A DNA stretch of 62,607 nt, filler included, from Polymyxa betae A26-41 (Eukaryota; Protista; Endomyxa: Phytomyxea): NCBI GenBank assembly GCA_003693705.1. It is 7 parts of 7 records of this genome, joined end to end, with 100 filler letters (N's around TTAATTAATTAA, not from the genome) between each part and the next. Parts side by side here need not be neighbours in the genome. Positions count along the whole stretch, not along the records: positions 1 to 8,169 come from RBZT01000956.1; positions 8,270 to 10,702 come from RBZT01000054.1; positions 10,803 to 20,929 come from RBZT01000573.1; 4 more parts are not named here. One strand, given 5' to 3'. Below the pieces are notes generated by a model. That model was not told where the DNA came from and did no database searches. It worked only from the letters and a program-made list of their open reading frames with translations. Of the stretch, positions 1 to 12,847 are shown one piece after another. Every line of letters begins with the position of its first letter. The first letter of the stretch is position 1. Both the position numbers and the translations under genes were made by a program.

Positions 1-2811
1 CCATCTAATCGCTTCATCAAAATTGCTCATAACGATGATGATCAATCGTGGCCAGAGACATTACGAAAATGCGAAGGCGAAGGATTGTCTAGCCAAGCTC
101 GTCTACAGTGTGATGCCATTGCTGAAGAGCTAAATCTTTGTCAACAGTGGTGCTCTGAAGTTCGATCTTTGGTCTCGGATATGGTTTCGGAAACGACCTC
201 TGCAGATGCCCATGATATTGCCTCCATTGAATCCGCCCTTATCGATATAGATCGCGGTCATGAGCAAGTAGCTTTAGTAGTGGAAGCAATGGCCAGTATC
301 TATTTGGAATCTGAACGCCATACGATCATGTCATTACCTCAAGAGAAGAGAATTCTATTAGAATTTGATATAATGGCTCAAATATCAAGTGAGAGACAAG
401 CATTACATACGCACATATTCCATTATTTTAATAAGCAACGTCGTGATTCTCGTCGATTATGTGGTCGTATGCCAAGTCTATTACATCATACAGGACAGAT
501 TCTACAGTTATCATGTGATAGAATATTCAATCAACAGAGATGCTCGCTGTTGGATCGTATGACCGAGCTTGGATTAGATTTATCCGAGTTAGGCCCTGGT
601 GCTCTTTATACTCCCATTCGATGTAAAGTTGCTTTAAATGCAGATGATTGTCATGCAGACCTTGTACTATCCAATTCATGTTATACAGCTACACAGACTC
701 AACCTGTCTCTAATCACCCTCGATGGGCTACTGTTCGAGCTACCAATCCAGTGTCTCCATTCCCCAGACATCCTAATCATCGTGCTAGACGATTGATTCA
801 TTCGACTCTTTCGTCTTTACGAGATCCGTCAAAAGACCTTCCAGCTGATCAGTTGATTGATATGCTTTGGTCATGCTTAAGAACGATTCATGCGGATTCG
901 ATGGCAAGTGATCGTGTTCGAACACTTCTTGCTGACCGTCAAAAACATCAGCCATCAGGACCTATAATTCCAACGCGTCGCCGCTCGCACCAACGTAGAA
1001 TGTCAGTTGAACAGGACACGCCCATGGGCAACCTTTTCTTGTCCAGCTCTGATCCAAAAGCAGGCCGAGATCTTGCCATAGATCCTATGAAAGGAGGCTC
1101 TGCTTATGTGTTGCAGTTAACATTGGAATTAATGGGATATCATCAAGATCCTGATCAACCTCCTTTAGATCAGATTGTCTTACCATTACAGTTACGTTCT
1201 CGAGCTCTGGATCTCATCCAGACCATGGAACAACGATGTCAAACACATGGTCGATTCTTCTTCGAAGCAATCTGCAGCGGATCTGCATGCGATTGGATGG
1301 TGGGAGTCACAAGCGGTGTGATCACTCGTCCTGATTATCTTGGCCAAGACGCCTATAGTATGGGTGTGGCCGCTGATGGTCGTGCTTACTTTAATCGACA
1401 AAGTATGATATTCTCAAGTGGCTTTCGCCCTGGTCAGATTGTTGGTGTTTTAATCGATATGTTTCATGGATCTATCACTATATTTCGTGATGGTATTGAA
1501 CTTGGAGTGGCATTCGGTTATGGATCTCGAACGTTCCCAGCTGGGGCTGTTGAAGCCCAGATTCAGCTCTTAACTGGCGAGCAATTATTCCCGGCTATCT
1601 CTATTCGTGGGCTGCTTTTGACAACATCTTCTAATTCCAAAGGTCGAGCAGAAGATGCATCGAAACGAGCGCCTCCTCAAGTTTCTGTCAATCTTGGGCA
1701 GTTACCATTTTCATTTCCAGTTCCTGCTAGTACACCTGTTGAAAAATGCAGAATTTTTGCTTCTGAAGCCGATTCCATGAAGTTGGTTGATGACGAATTC
1801 TCTTTATCACCGGTGCTGACCGGATCCGTTCGGAAAATCATCATTGAGGGCGATGAATCCGTTGGAGAGGGACGTCTGCCTACCGAATCAGAATTTATTG
1901 CAAACATTGAGTGTGAAGCCCCGGCATCATTTAGTTTATTTCCACCTCGAGAAGCTCGAATACTTCAAGCTGCCGTTATCATTCAGCGTGCTGTTCGAGC
2001 TTTCCTCATTCGTATTCGTCAGGCCTTCTTCCAACGTGATGTTGTTCGAGCTCGGAAAATGCGAAAGAATGCAGCTCTATTTATGCAGAGACGGTTTAGA
2101 GGAAACCGGGCTCGAATTATGACATCGATATGTAAGTAGTTGAATTCAGTTTGGCTCTTAATAACACTTGATTCAGTGCTTTGTAAACGCTTAAAGTTCA
2201 CGAGGTTCATCCAGTATGTAATTAGCATTCAACGGTGGTGGAGACGTGTTGTGAAGACGCCTGCTTTCCAGAAGAGACGTGAAGAATGGTTAAAGAATCC
2301 TACATCTCGCCGCAGTCCCGATTGGGCATTCATTTTCAGAAAGCTCGGAGGAAATCGCCCTGAACGATTGAAAGCATTACATCAGGAAGCTCTCAAATTG
2401 CAGAAAGTTTGGAGAGGTGACTCTATCTGTGTATTCGGTTATTCTTCAACCAACGATTTCCTTGTAGGTCGACGAGTCCGTGTGGCTTTCTTCAATCAGA
2501 ATCCAATTGATGCCATTCGTCTGAACAATCTCGGATTTGCGCTACGATCGCGTTTAGAGACTCTACGTCTGGTGTTAATTGCCAAACCATATATGCTAGG
2601 ATGGGTACAGCGCGCTCGATATCGATTATGGAAGAGCAAGTTGGACAAAGCTATGCGAATTATGAACCGATCATTACGTGAATATATGGTAAGATCCAGG
2701 CTGGACGAGATGATGGATGCAACTTTATCGGAACCTCTCAAGAAATTTATCTATCTTCTAGGAAAAGACAGCAGGTTATTCGATTCAGATTCCGCTGGGA
2801 AAAGTCCTTGA
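1..2811 (+). CDS. SPRY/B30.2-domain protein with C-terminal IQ motifs, 5'-partial, spliced (introns 2132-2176, 2417-2467)
   Basis: Frame is open from base 1. SPRY-like motifs GRFFFEA..WMVGV..YLGQDAYSMG..GQIVGVLIDM..G.ELGVAF..LFPAIS..VNLGQLPF. IQ-like motifs IQRAVRAF, MQRRFRG, IQRWWRR, and LQKVWRGRRVR after removing a 51-nt GT-AG intron. Confidence 0.85.
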
Positions 2812-2994
2812 TTGTTTTGCTTTCCTGTCTCATAAACAACTGTTAAAGTTGCATATAGACTTTAAGCAGAGATTGTGATGATAGGAGGAGATCAAGTACG
2901 ATCTATGATGTGTATAGTCTATATAGTCACATGGTTAGATAGAGAGCTATAAAAGGGTACCTTCTGGTACATAGTCTCACATCACCATACTTCT

Positions 2995-4753
2995 ATGTAT
3001 TACATCTTTGTTCTTGTCCTTTCTCTCATTCATTTATCATATGCTGATCTACCTATTCATTGCTTGAGATCACAAGTTTTAGGACGATGGAAGTGGGAGC
3101 TCACACAATCATCAGACGATAAGCAGTTATCTTGTGGTCATCCAGATCATGATACTAATCGTGATGAACTCACCAATGCCAACACATTCCAATTTCAACC
3201 ATATCGTGTTCTGGATCTATCACTTTCGTATCCCAATCGAGTCAGTAATCATGAAAATGGAGACAAAGGCACTTTTACAATGGTGTTTGATGAAGCCATT
3301 GAAATTCGAATTAGTGGCCAGGTCATATTTGCTAAATTCAGATATGGATTAAAGAATGGCAATCCAGATGATGAAAACATTCCAGCAGTCACTGATCTTC
3401 AAGCGTATGAAAGCTTTTGTGATCAGACAAGCATCGGTTAGGAGAACCTTTGGAATCTGGTCTCAGAACTCTGAACTTCTATTTGCAGGATGGTATCATG
3501 ATGAATCCAATAATAATTGGGGATGTGTACGTGGACGTCAGCTCCAATCTGAGCATAAATTCCTGGCTAAACCTTTCTCTAATACGCTCATCACAAAGAC
3601 GAATTTCTTTGATCGACAGAACCATGTGGTCAAATATGAGCCTGATCTGGACCTTATTGAATCTATTAACAGCAATCCGGCTTCACTCTGGAAGGTCAAA
3701 TACAACCCCCCTTTGTGCCATCCATCTAATCATCTATTATAGGCTGGGATTAATGAGGTGTTTGTTGGCAAATCATTGTTCAGCGTCAATCGCATGCTGG
3801 GACGACGACGTTATCATAAACCTGCTTTATTCAGGTCGAAAACCAAATTAGCGACGGGCTCGAATACAGATTTACCCGATTCGGTAGATTGGAGATATAT
3901 TGATTCACCTGTTAGAAATCAAGGTCATTTATACATTAATAATACGATGAGATATTGTTTAAACGTATTGTTACAGGACAATGTGGCTCTTGTTATGTAT
4001 TCTCAACATTATCAATGCTTGAAACACGAGCTCGTATTGCTAATCCAGATAAAGATCTGGCAGATCTACACTATTCTGAACAAGATGTTTTAGCTTGTTC
4101 TCGATATAATGAAGGGTGTGAAGGCGGATATCCTTATCTTGTTGCCAAATACGCTCATGAATTTGGAGTAGTAAGATGATTGCATGATGCCATTGAAGAG
4201 TATCTCAGCTTGTAATAGATTAAATATGATGATAATCAATATACAGGTTATAATTCTATGTGTCCCGATCGTTCTATTCCAAAACAGACACAGACAATGT
4301 CGTCTAATTATCATTACGTTGGTGGATATTTTGGATCATGTTCTGAGGAGGCAATGATGAAAGAAATTGCTTTTCATGGCCCAGTTGTTGCTGCCATTCA
4401 AGTTCCAACTTCACTCATGTTATACAGGTATAATTGGGACATATTGATTGTAAGCAAATCGAATTGAATTATTATACAGATCTGGCATATTTGATGATTG
4501 TTCACGACATGTGAGAGATGATGATGGATATGAGCAAAGCGATCATGCCATTGTAGTTGTTGGATATGGTGAAGAGAATGGTGTCAAATATTGGATCATT
4601 CGTAATTCTTGGGGAAGTGAATATGGTGAGAATGGATACTTCCGATTACTGGTATGTAATTGTAATATATGATATTGTAATGAATTAATATTGTATTAGA
4701 GAGGTATAGATGCATGTGGTATAGAGAGTTCAGGTGTCACATCATATTCATGA
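2995..4753 (+). CDS. CTSC: Cathepsin C / dipeptidyl peptidase I (papain family C1A), multi-exon, with signal peptide
   Basis: Signal peptide followed by exclusion-domain start ADLPIHC..G.W and GTFTMVFDE. Also LPDSVDWR, catalytic QG(Q)[32 protein letters not shown] and NSWG. Short GT-AG introns (e.g. 3437-3488); TGA at 4751-4753. Confidence 0.93.
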
Positions 4754-7211
4754 TAAATCAATATCACCATTCATCATCATACTTAAATACAATCCCTTTG
4801 TTAGTATTCATTATTCCAATATACATAAGATCCATTATAGGCTTGATCAACAGGCCTCGTAGAAATAGTCATTCTATGATATAGTATGACCTTTGGACAG
4901 AAACCGCAGAAGGGTATTAATGACATTCAACGAACGCAGAACCTTGCTATAATCTGATGATTTCAGCAATGGATGAGCTGGCAGATATGCTGGTTATGAT
5001 CTCTCTGATAACGAATTATCATTCATTTGGATTAGACGGTGACATTGCAGACATCGTGTTACGACTTGATTGATTTTAATAATGACGAGACATCTGCTAT
5101 TGACGATGATGGGATCGTGACAGAAGTGATTTAAGAATTAGGACTTGATGTCAAAGAGAAAGAATCTGATTCAGATTGTGATGAAGGTGGTGATTGCAAT
5201 TGAATGGGAGCAATATCAAACATATTCAGCACTTTAATAACTCTGTTATTTTGATGGTCGTGACATATACTGATTTGTTATTTACAATTAGAAGACTGTC
5301 TGCGATTATAAGTAAATCGTTATATTGTTGATATCATTGACGATGTTCTCTTCGACCCGACTCAGATGATGAGGATGTCACAATGTCTAGAAAACGGACG
5401 TTGTCACTGTTTCGACTTGCAGAAAGTGTTCCCAACGAAGATCTGGAAGTTCAGGACGAGTACACGATAGGTATCAAATTGTCCCAGAAATCAGCTATAT
5501 TCATATATTGTGATGCATTGTATATAATATATTGTATCTAATAGCTGAATACAATTGCAGAAAGCAGTGTGCTTATGCTATGCCATCTATGACACGTGTC
5601 TTCAAATGATGATGTTCGAATTGTACGAAAGAGGAGACAGGCTTAAGCTTCTTATTTGAAATGTAGCAAAGGAAGGATATCACACTTTATGTTATTGTAG
5701 TCTTGAACCTACAAAGATATAACGAAGTTGTGAAGTCGGTCTGGGATTTCTCAATTGTTCTCGATTGATGAAATAATGCAGGCTCGAGACATTCGTATCC
5801 GTTTCTGTCAAATCGGCCGTCTCTATAAAGTTCACTTTATCTCTTTACCGACACAAGTCTGATGATTATTTATTTGAAACGTCAACTAAATCCTTGGACG
5901 TTGTCGTTCCAGGTTGGCGTGAGAAGCTCATTCGGTATTAGAACAGATTGTGAACTTACCATACAGAGCAAATCAGAGGTGTCGCTACAAAGCTACAGAG
6001 GGAAACGACATGTGATGGGTCGTTGATCAGGTCGATATTGTTGTTAAGATGCAGAACATGCAGATGTTGAACGGGCATTCATCGATAATATTGTGTCTCT
6101 CATTGGCTGTTTACGATGGCAACTTAACCTGATTGCTGTAATGAGTAGTACTGGTCCATAACTAATATTGACTCTATTAGCTCATATATATTATTTTCAC
6201 TCAATGATTTCTACATCTCTGTATGCGAATGATGGATTTAATGTCTGAAAAAACAATCCTGCATGTTAATCCGACATATTCTTGGGAAGTGTTCAATTAT
6301 TACAAATTTACTGAGATCGTTGGTCAATGTATCTGGATCGTCGTTCACGCCGTCAATCGTGTCTTGAAACCTGTTCTATCCGTCGTTTGCAAGGAATGAC
6401 AACTGTAACAGAAAAGCGAGCAGATTCAGGAGCTGGTCGTGACAATATTAAAGATTTTCCCTGTATATATGACCCATTATAGATCTAATTGGGTTTACAT
6501 AGAGAATTATAATGTATCAATGGTTATCAATCAGCATTGTATTAATCCAAGGCGATGATCTGGCATTAATCAATGGATTTCATGTTATAGAGTCCATGGC
6601 TCTCATCTCCTCGCCATAGTTCTGATCTTACTACTTCAGCTGCACAAATAATTGCAGGCGTAATCGATGGATTTTTTAATGTTGTGGCAGAAAGGGATTA
6701 CGATAATGAGTCCTTGATACAAAGATTACCAGCTTTTACTCCTTCATAGCTGATTCAAATACGAGGACCCATCTGCCAAATTCGGTCATATATAGCTGTC
6801 ATGTCGGCATTTTTATAAATCGCTGCTGATTTGGCAGATCTACAGATTGTGTTTAAACATACATAATCTGCTGCTGTTGCATGCAACTACCCAGTGATTT
6901 ATTTCAGGATTGTCGACATAATATTATATGGGGGTTCCCCTAATGTACCTATTAGTTACTCGCAGCAGTTATTGAACAGAACCGTTTTCTGTTTTGTCTT
7001 ATTTCTTTTCGACTGAATACAAAATTAAAGCTTTATTCCGTATGTAACAAGCTTCATGAAGTTCTTCTGGCAGTGGGTTACAGTATTTCCTTTTATTAAG
7101 ACCCTGAGTTTCTATTTCATGTTTGAGGGTGCTAAGGAATTCCAGGTCCAGGGTCTTATCAAAAGTACGAAATCGGGATTCAGGGTCTTAACAAGAGGAA
7201 CATATCAACAG

Positions 7212-7458
7212 TGTCATGATTGCGTGCAGGGCGCAACCACTTCCTTCAGGAACTGCATTCTTGTGACTACATGATAATACAGAGCCTGTGCAACACGACC
7301 GAACTGGGGCTAGCTCAGTTCGGTCAACGCCGTTCTTGAATCAACTTTCTCGTCTCGTTTCGTCTTAGTCTCGCCTCTCGCCGCCACTCATCCTGTTCTT
7401 CTTTCCCTCTTATCTTATTATTCTTACACCTTATTTTATTATATTCTTCGTTACGACA
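7212..7458. mobile_element. Possible solo LTR
   Basis: TGTCA...CGACA termini, pyrimidine-rich 3' part, internal hairpin at 7297-7325. No TSD seen. Confidence 0.3.
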
Positions 7459-8169
7459 AGTCAATTCTTGTCACGCAGGAAGGGCGATGTACGCATCAGG
7501 GATGATGGGTTCCCCGAATAGATCTTCTCCTAATGACTCACCAGAAAAGACGTAGGAAATAAGGACGATGACAGATCCTGCGGCCACAGGTGCACCATGA
7601 AAACCCTAACCCTAACACGGCAGCAGACAATGAGACGAGTAGAAAAACAACGGATCGAGCAACTGCGCACTCCGCCAAATGTAACATCACTTATTGATTA
7701 TTCAGTATAATACCCTAACCCTAACCCTACCTAAAAACCTGTAAAAACTATCTCACTCACGGGAGCAAACCCATTCCGTTTGAGGACGCGCACAAAGCTC
7801 TCTGTGCGTCCGAAATCTCGAAGGTCAGGGTTCAGTTTTGCTACAACACGAAACACAAGGTGCACAAGTTCAAAAACTACTTGGGCGTCGCTTTCAACGA
7901 ACAAAGCCCCTTGTACGAATCAGATGTACTCGCCGATTTTGGCGTTAAATGGAACATTCCGCACATGTTTGTGCTCAAAGGGTTCGCTATGTCTTTGGTC
8001 AAGAGCATGACGACCTACCCGATGCATCTTGCAGCTGGTCAGGGGGGCGGATCTGTCTCGTTTAATTTCACCGATCCAGAGCTACAAGGGATTCGTGCTT
8101 GCATATATCCTGGATTTACCCACTGGATCAAGGCTTCCAAAAAATGCAGTGTATCAACTTATATTTTCT

Positions 8170-8269
8170 NNNNNNNNNNNNNNNNNNNNNNNNNNNNNNN
8201 NNNNNNNNNNNNNTTAATTAATTAANNNNNNNNNNNNNNNNNNNNNNNNNNNNNNNNNNNNNNNNNNNN
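8170..8269. other. Artificial contig spacer
   Basis: 44 N + TTAATTAATTAA + 44 N. Confidence 0.98.
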
Positions 8270-8830
8270 ATGGCATATTTGGCCTTTTTCTGGACATAAC
8301 ACTAATATTAGATAAGCGAGAAACATTTCGAGAACATACCTCTATCAGCTCGTTCCATGTCTGGTCTGGTGCTGTCGGCAGCTGACGTTCATCGTCCCAG
8401 CCAAATCCGCTATTGTTTCTCAGCGTTTTCAAAATGTTCCATTTCTCTTTTAGCTGTTCGATTCATTGTAAACCCTAGCATTTTATGATTTCGAAAGAAA
8501 TACAAAATACCTCTGTCATCTGAGACTTTAACTGCCTGATTTCGTAGCTCGTCCCGAATTCCTTGTTAAAGGCGACAGCTACAGCTTGCCAAGCCTGTTT
8601 CTTATATCCGTTATCTGCTTTTCCGCCTTTGGCGACCTGATGTCAGCATAAATATAAAGAGCAAATGAAGGCGGATGGTAGAACTAGCACTTCACCTGGA
8701 CGATCAGGAGCTCCATTAGACGTAACTGCTTGTTAGCCGTCCATTTAGCACGCCCGACATCCTGTTTTACGGCCGGCTTAACCTGAGCCTGAAACTGCTC
8801 TTCATTTGACACGATTGTCGCAAATAAAAT
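8270..8830 (-). mobile_element. Myb/SANT-like DNA-binding ORF of the PIF/Harbinger accessory type, spliced, cut by the gap
   Basis: Spliced reading AKWT..LMELL..GGKADNGYKKQAWQAVAVAFN..QLKS..LKEKW..SGFGWDDERQLPTAPDQTWNELI, typical of the Myb_DNA-bind_3 family. Confidence 0.75.
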
Positions 8831-8891
8831 ACTGTACAATAAAAGATATTTGATGCGGACTATCAAATTAGAGTGTTTTTATTCATAAACA

Positions 8892-9480
8892 ATGCATCCA
8901 AACGATCAAGAATTTGTCAAAACGTGTTCTTACAATATTTTACAGCAGTATTGCAAAGAAGGAATTTTGCGAAATTCCGAAGCGCAGATAGCCAAACGCA
9001 CCCAAATACAGCGGCCTGGAAAGATTTTATTGAGCATGCACAATATATGGCATTTCGCAGCAAATCGGTTTCCAGAAACTGAGAAGTCCTACTAAACGTT
9101 CGTGTATCTCTGATCATGTGAAAAAGCTTCGATACCGAAAACAATACTTAGGCAGATTCTGAGAACGGGAATGCTAGACTAAGTTTTAGTAAATGGACGT
9201 GTAAGATGGATGAGGCCTGAGCCTCTCGTTTCACGGCTGTTATGATGCCGAATGGGGAAGTATCCGTTAAACTTATTTCAATGCACACTGGGCATAATGT
9301 GCATGAACTTGGAGAGCAGCAGCATTTACGACTGTCTGCTGCGACTAGGCGTAAAATAATGATATATATTCTCAACGAAATCGTCGAAAGGCCAATTATT
9401 CGCTCCATCAATAGCAGTCTTTGAGAGACAGAAATCATCGTGAAGAAAATATATTGGATTGTTAAATCCAATCTACTGTA
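8892..9480 (+). pseudogene. MULE-type transposase N-terminal remnant
   Basis: V.VKLISMHTGHN..QHLRLS..RRKI..IL motif, with stops and frameshifts. Confidence 0.5.
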
Positions 9481-9535
9481 TTTCTGGATGACGTTGACTG
9501 CCTACAGGAAGCTTGGCGAAGCAAATGGGTCTCAC

Positions 9536-10702
9536 TCAAAGACGTCCAAAATATAAAGTGCCACTGGATTGGTGCGATAATGATGCAATCCGCACAGACA
9601 TACATGTATACATTATGGCATTGAAAGAAGAAATTGCGCGCTGGTCATTCGACCCCTTCGGTTTTCGCTGTTCAGTCTTGCGAGACAATGAAATCCGATT
9701 CTGGCACGTCAAAACACGACCAGCCATAATCGCACAAGATTTAAGCTTATTATGGAATCGCCAAAGTTTCTTACCCACCTTACCATCGTGCTCGATCTCA
9801 GCACACAACATCTCCTGTAATTCACGAGGCCGTGCAGCTCGTATCAGCTTGATTCGACCCTCCTCCGATTCGCGCATGCTCGACAGCTTGTACCGTTGCA
9901 GGTTATTTTTCAAACGACTGCATCAAAGTCTCAACTCCCGACAGCTCATTCCTGGAATGAACTCCATCTTCAAGCTGGCCATGGCAGCTTGGACATGGTT
10001 AACATTGTCGGTCGATTCTTGAGCAAGTTGACATCCAACGTAGTTACTCAAGAATTTGTCCGTCAGCAAAGAAATCTTCATGTGTTCATCCAGCTCCCAA
10101 TTCGCGATGTAGCATAATTTGTCCGGATGAAGCAGTGCGCGAAGAGGGATTGCATTCCCAGAAGCGATCATCCGAAGATAATAATCGCTCGCTTGGACGT
10201 ACCATGCGGCAAGTTCAGCACGAGAATTGCCGTTATACAACGGCGGTGTCTCCTGGTTGATTACGAATGCGCCGTTGAATAATTTTGGGGGCTTGCGACA
10301 TCATTCGATCGTGTTGGCCATTGTCAGCAACAGAGTTACCAGGCTGCGGTTCACCTCCGTTTTCGGCCGAATTGTGCCCTGACTGATTCTCCACATTGTC
10401 TGTCATATTCGCCATGTCCTCCATAGTATATCACGTCTTGATATGGCAAAGTACAGCTAAAGATATCTTTGTAGCAAGTCTACTAAGTTGATGTTACAAT
10501 TGTAATGATGAATGCAGAATGATTCTATTAGATGGATACAAGCCCTTATATATCACTGAGATCGGAGATTAGCTGGGAACTGGGAGAGTTTCCGGTAAAC
10601 GGTGTTTAGTCAGGTCCGATCGGAGGTTAGTCAATTATTGCGTATATATTGACACACTCCCCTCCTTCAAAAACTAAGCCTCCTCAAGAAGTATTCTGGG
10701 TC
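9536..10702 (-). mobile_element. LTR retrotransposon remnant: polypurine tract, LTR-like segment (about 10440-10655) and broken gag-like ORF (10424 to 9536)
   Basis: On the minus strand, GAAGGAGGGGAG is followed by TG.., then TATATAAG, then collinear ORF pieces 10233-10424, 9923-10240 and 9536-9913. Confidence 0.45.
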
Positions 10703-10802
10703 NNNNNNNNNNNNNNNNNNNNNNNNNNNNNNNNNNNNNNNNNNNNTTAATTAATTAANNNNNNNNNNNNNNNNNNNNNNNNNNNNNNNNNNNNNNNNNN
10801 NN
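10703..10802. other. Artificial contig spacer
   Basis: 44 N + TTAATTAATTAA + 44 N. Confidence 0.98.
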
Positions 10803-12847
10803 TATCTCTAGTAGATGCAGCATGAAATCAACGCTCGAGTCGGATTTGCGAACGATCTGGCGCGGCCTCGCAAAATGATGTATTTACCGTAGTCCGTTGC
10901 GGCCATCAAGACTCGATAAATTCTCAAAAAAGTCCATTTCTCCAGCCCGTAAAGTTTCTCATATCATTCGCATGACTTTCTGATTTATTGAGTAGAATCG
11001 CTGTTTATTAGAAAGATACTGGACGTTCTTCTCTCGATAGGCGTCCATGGAGCGGAAGCTATTCCGAGCGAATCTTCTCATGGTAGCCAGTGATCCTCTC
11101 AGCGATTTTATGAACTCCTTTGGAAAAATTAGTTATTCCTGTAAGGGGAATTTGTCTTGTTTATTCCTGAGAAGAGTGAATGAGCTCCATATTCCAAAGA
11201 TTCCTGGTGCCTGTCTAGAAGAATCGCATCGGCCAAATAATGAACCGGGTTTTCCGCCCCATCCGTCGCAAGCCAGTGCAAACTGATTACGTAATTCGGA
11301 TCAGATGGTCGTTGAACAATAGCGTCTCTCGGAATTTGGAAAAGCCTGAGCTTGCCCTTTGTAGGAGCTGGACCCCCGTTTATGTGGAAATCAGCCCAGA
11401 ATGTTCGATAACTTGTCATCACATTATATGGAGGTGCTGAGTTTAGAATTAATCACATTCCCTGAATAGGATTTGCGATCGTCAGAACTGGATGCATAAT
11501 CCGAATCACTGTAACAGGGAGTTTCGACAACGTGACTTCTAAACGAAGATTCCAAACTCTTTAGTGCCCATTAGGTATCGAATCAGCTGTTTTGTTGTAT
11601 TTCAATGTTTCCGGCCGCGGTTAGTACTGACTCAGATTTGTTACAGCGAACGTGATGTGAAGGAGAGCTCAAGAGCAACATAAAGTAAGATTCGGATTGC
11701 AGCTCCAGAATTTGGCCTCATCGAACATCCCATGGCTGTGTTTGCCAAACACTTCCGAGACACAAAATGCTTTCTTGTCTGGATCATCAATCCGTCGTAA
11801 TCGTATGAAGAAGGACAAGCGCATGTAAGCGATTGTTTTATGCGTTGGCAATCCTCGGATACATTTTCTTGGTGTACAGCCCGCAGCAGAAGCAAATCAA
11901 TGTCACGTATTTCAGACTTTGGGTGCTCTTTTGCTACAGTGGACACTTCATGGAAGAAACTCAATACTCGCGTGCTTCAGATAAAGATGAAAAACTTGTC
12001 AACCAATGCATCAGAGCAAATAAAAGTGCTCCCTTCACGTCAACCAATAACATTGTCGATTGAGGTGTTAACTGAAAGGTCTGATGCACTTTTTCATCGG
12101 AATTTGGATGGAGATCTGTCGCACTTAGCAAAGATTGCTCTCGGAATGACATTCTGGGCGCATCCATCTGCAGTTCTGCACTTTCATCGGCATCCGTGAA
12201 TGCATCAGGACCATCCACAACGAGCTGACCCGATGATCCATGATACACAGCGGGACCAGCCGACCCTAGCTTCTCCAAGCCGCCTAACGGCCCCTAACAG
12301 AAACAACTTTCCGAGGCTCGAAAACATGATCCCAAACCACAAGACAGAACACGGATCGTTACAAAGCCTCAAAGAGCCAAGAAGGTCGCCCTCGCATAAA
12401 CATCGCTCACCTGACTTTTCTATGTTAATTTTAGTCTCTTCTGGAAATTTGTTGCAATTATAAAACGTCTTTTGTGCGAGGGATCGCTCACGTACATAGC
12501 AGGGTCGTAATGAAAACCGGGCCAGAAACAGGACCGAGCATGGCTCGGGACGGTTCGCAGAAGGTTCATTTCCGCAGCCCTTCACTTGCCAGGCGGCCAC
12601 GCATGACGGCTCTGCTGCCGGGTGGCAGGGCCACTGAGATGCGCGGCTTCTTGAAGAGCAACCTCTGAGTCTTGGCTGTTGCGGATGACGAATGGGGGGT
12701 TGTACGACCTATATGGATCTGGAAAGGTTTGGCAAACGCTGGCCGGTATGTTATTGAGCTGCGTCTGTCTGAGCTTATTGGCTGATGCGAAACATTGCCA
12801 GCAATAACGAGAGCAAGAACAAGAGCTACATTGAAAGCCAATCACAT
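10803..12847 (-). pseudogene. Degraded gene with a signal-peptide-like N-terminus, FAR1/WRKY-GCM1-like Cys/His motif(s) and a repeated C-terminal region
   Basis: ATG at 12847 followed by TGA, then LAFNVALVLALVIAG. Frame-corrected LICFCCG..SLTCACPFFIRLRR..FCVSEVFGKHSH near 11720-11900. The 3' part is homologous to 19720-20929. Confidence 0.45.

Noticed and set aside
7297-7325. tRNA-like GGGGCTAGCTCAGTTCGGT
   Set aside because: No anticodon arm, T arm or acceptor stem; it is a simple 10-bp hairpin.
8170-8269. Recurring TTAATTAATTAA palindrome within N runs (six times)
   Set aside because: Identical 100-nt construct with stops in all frames; an assembly linker, not biology.
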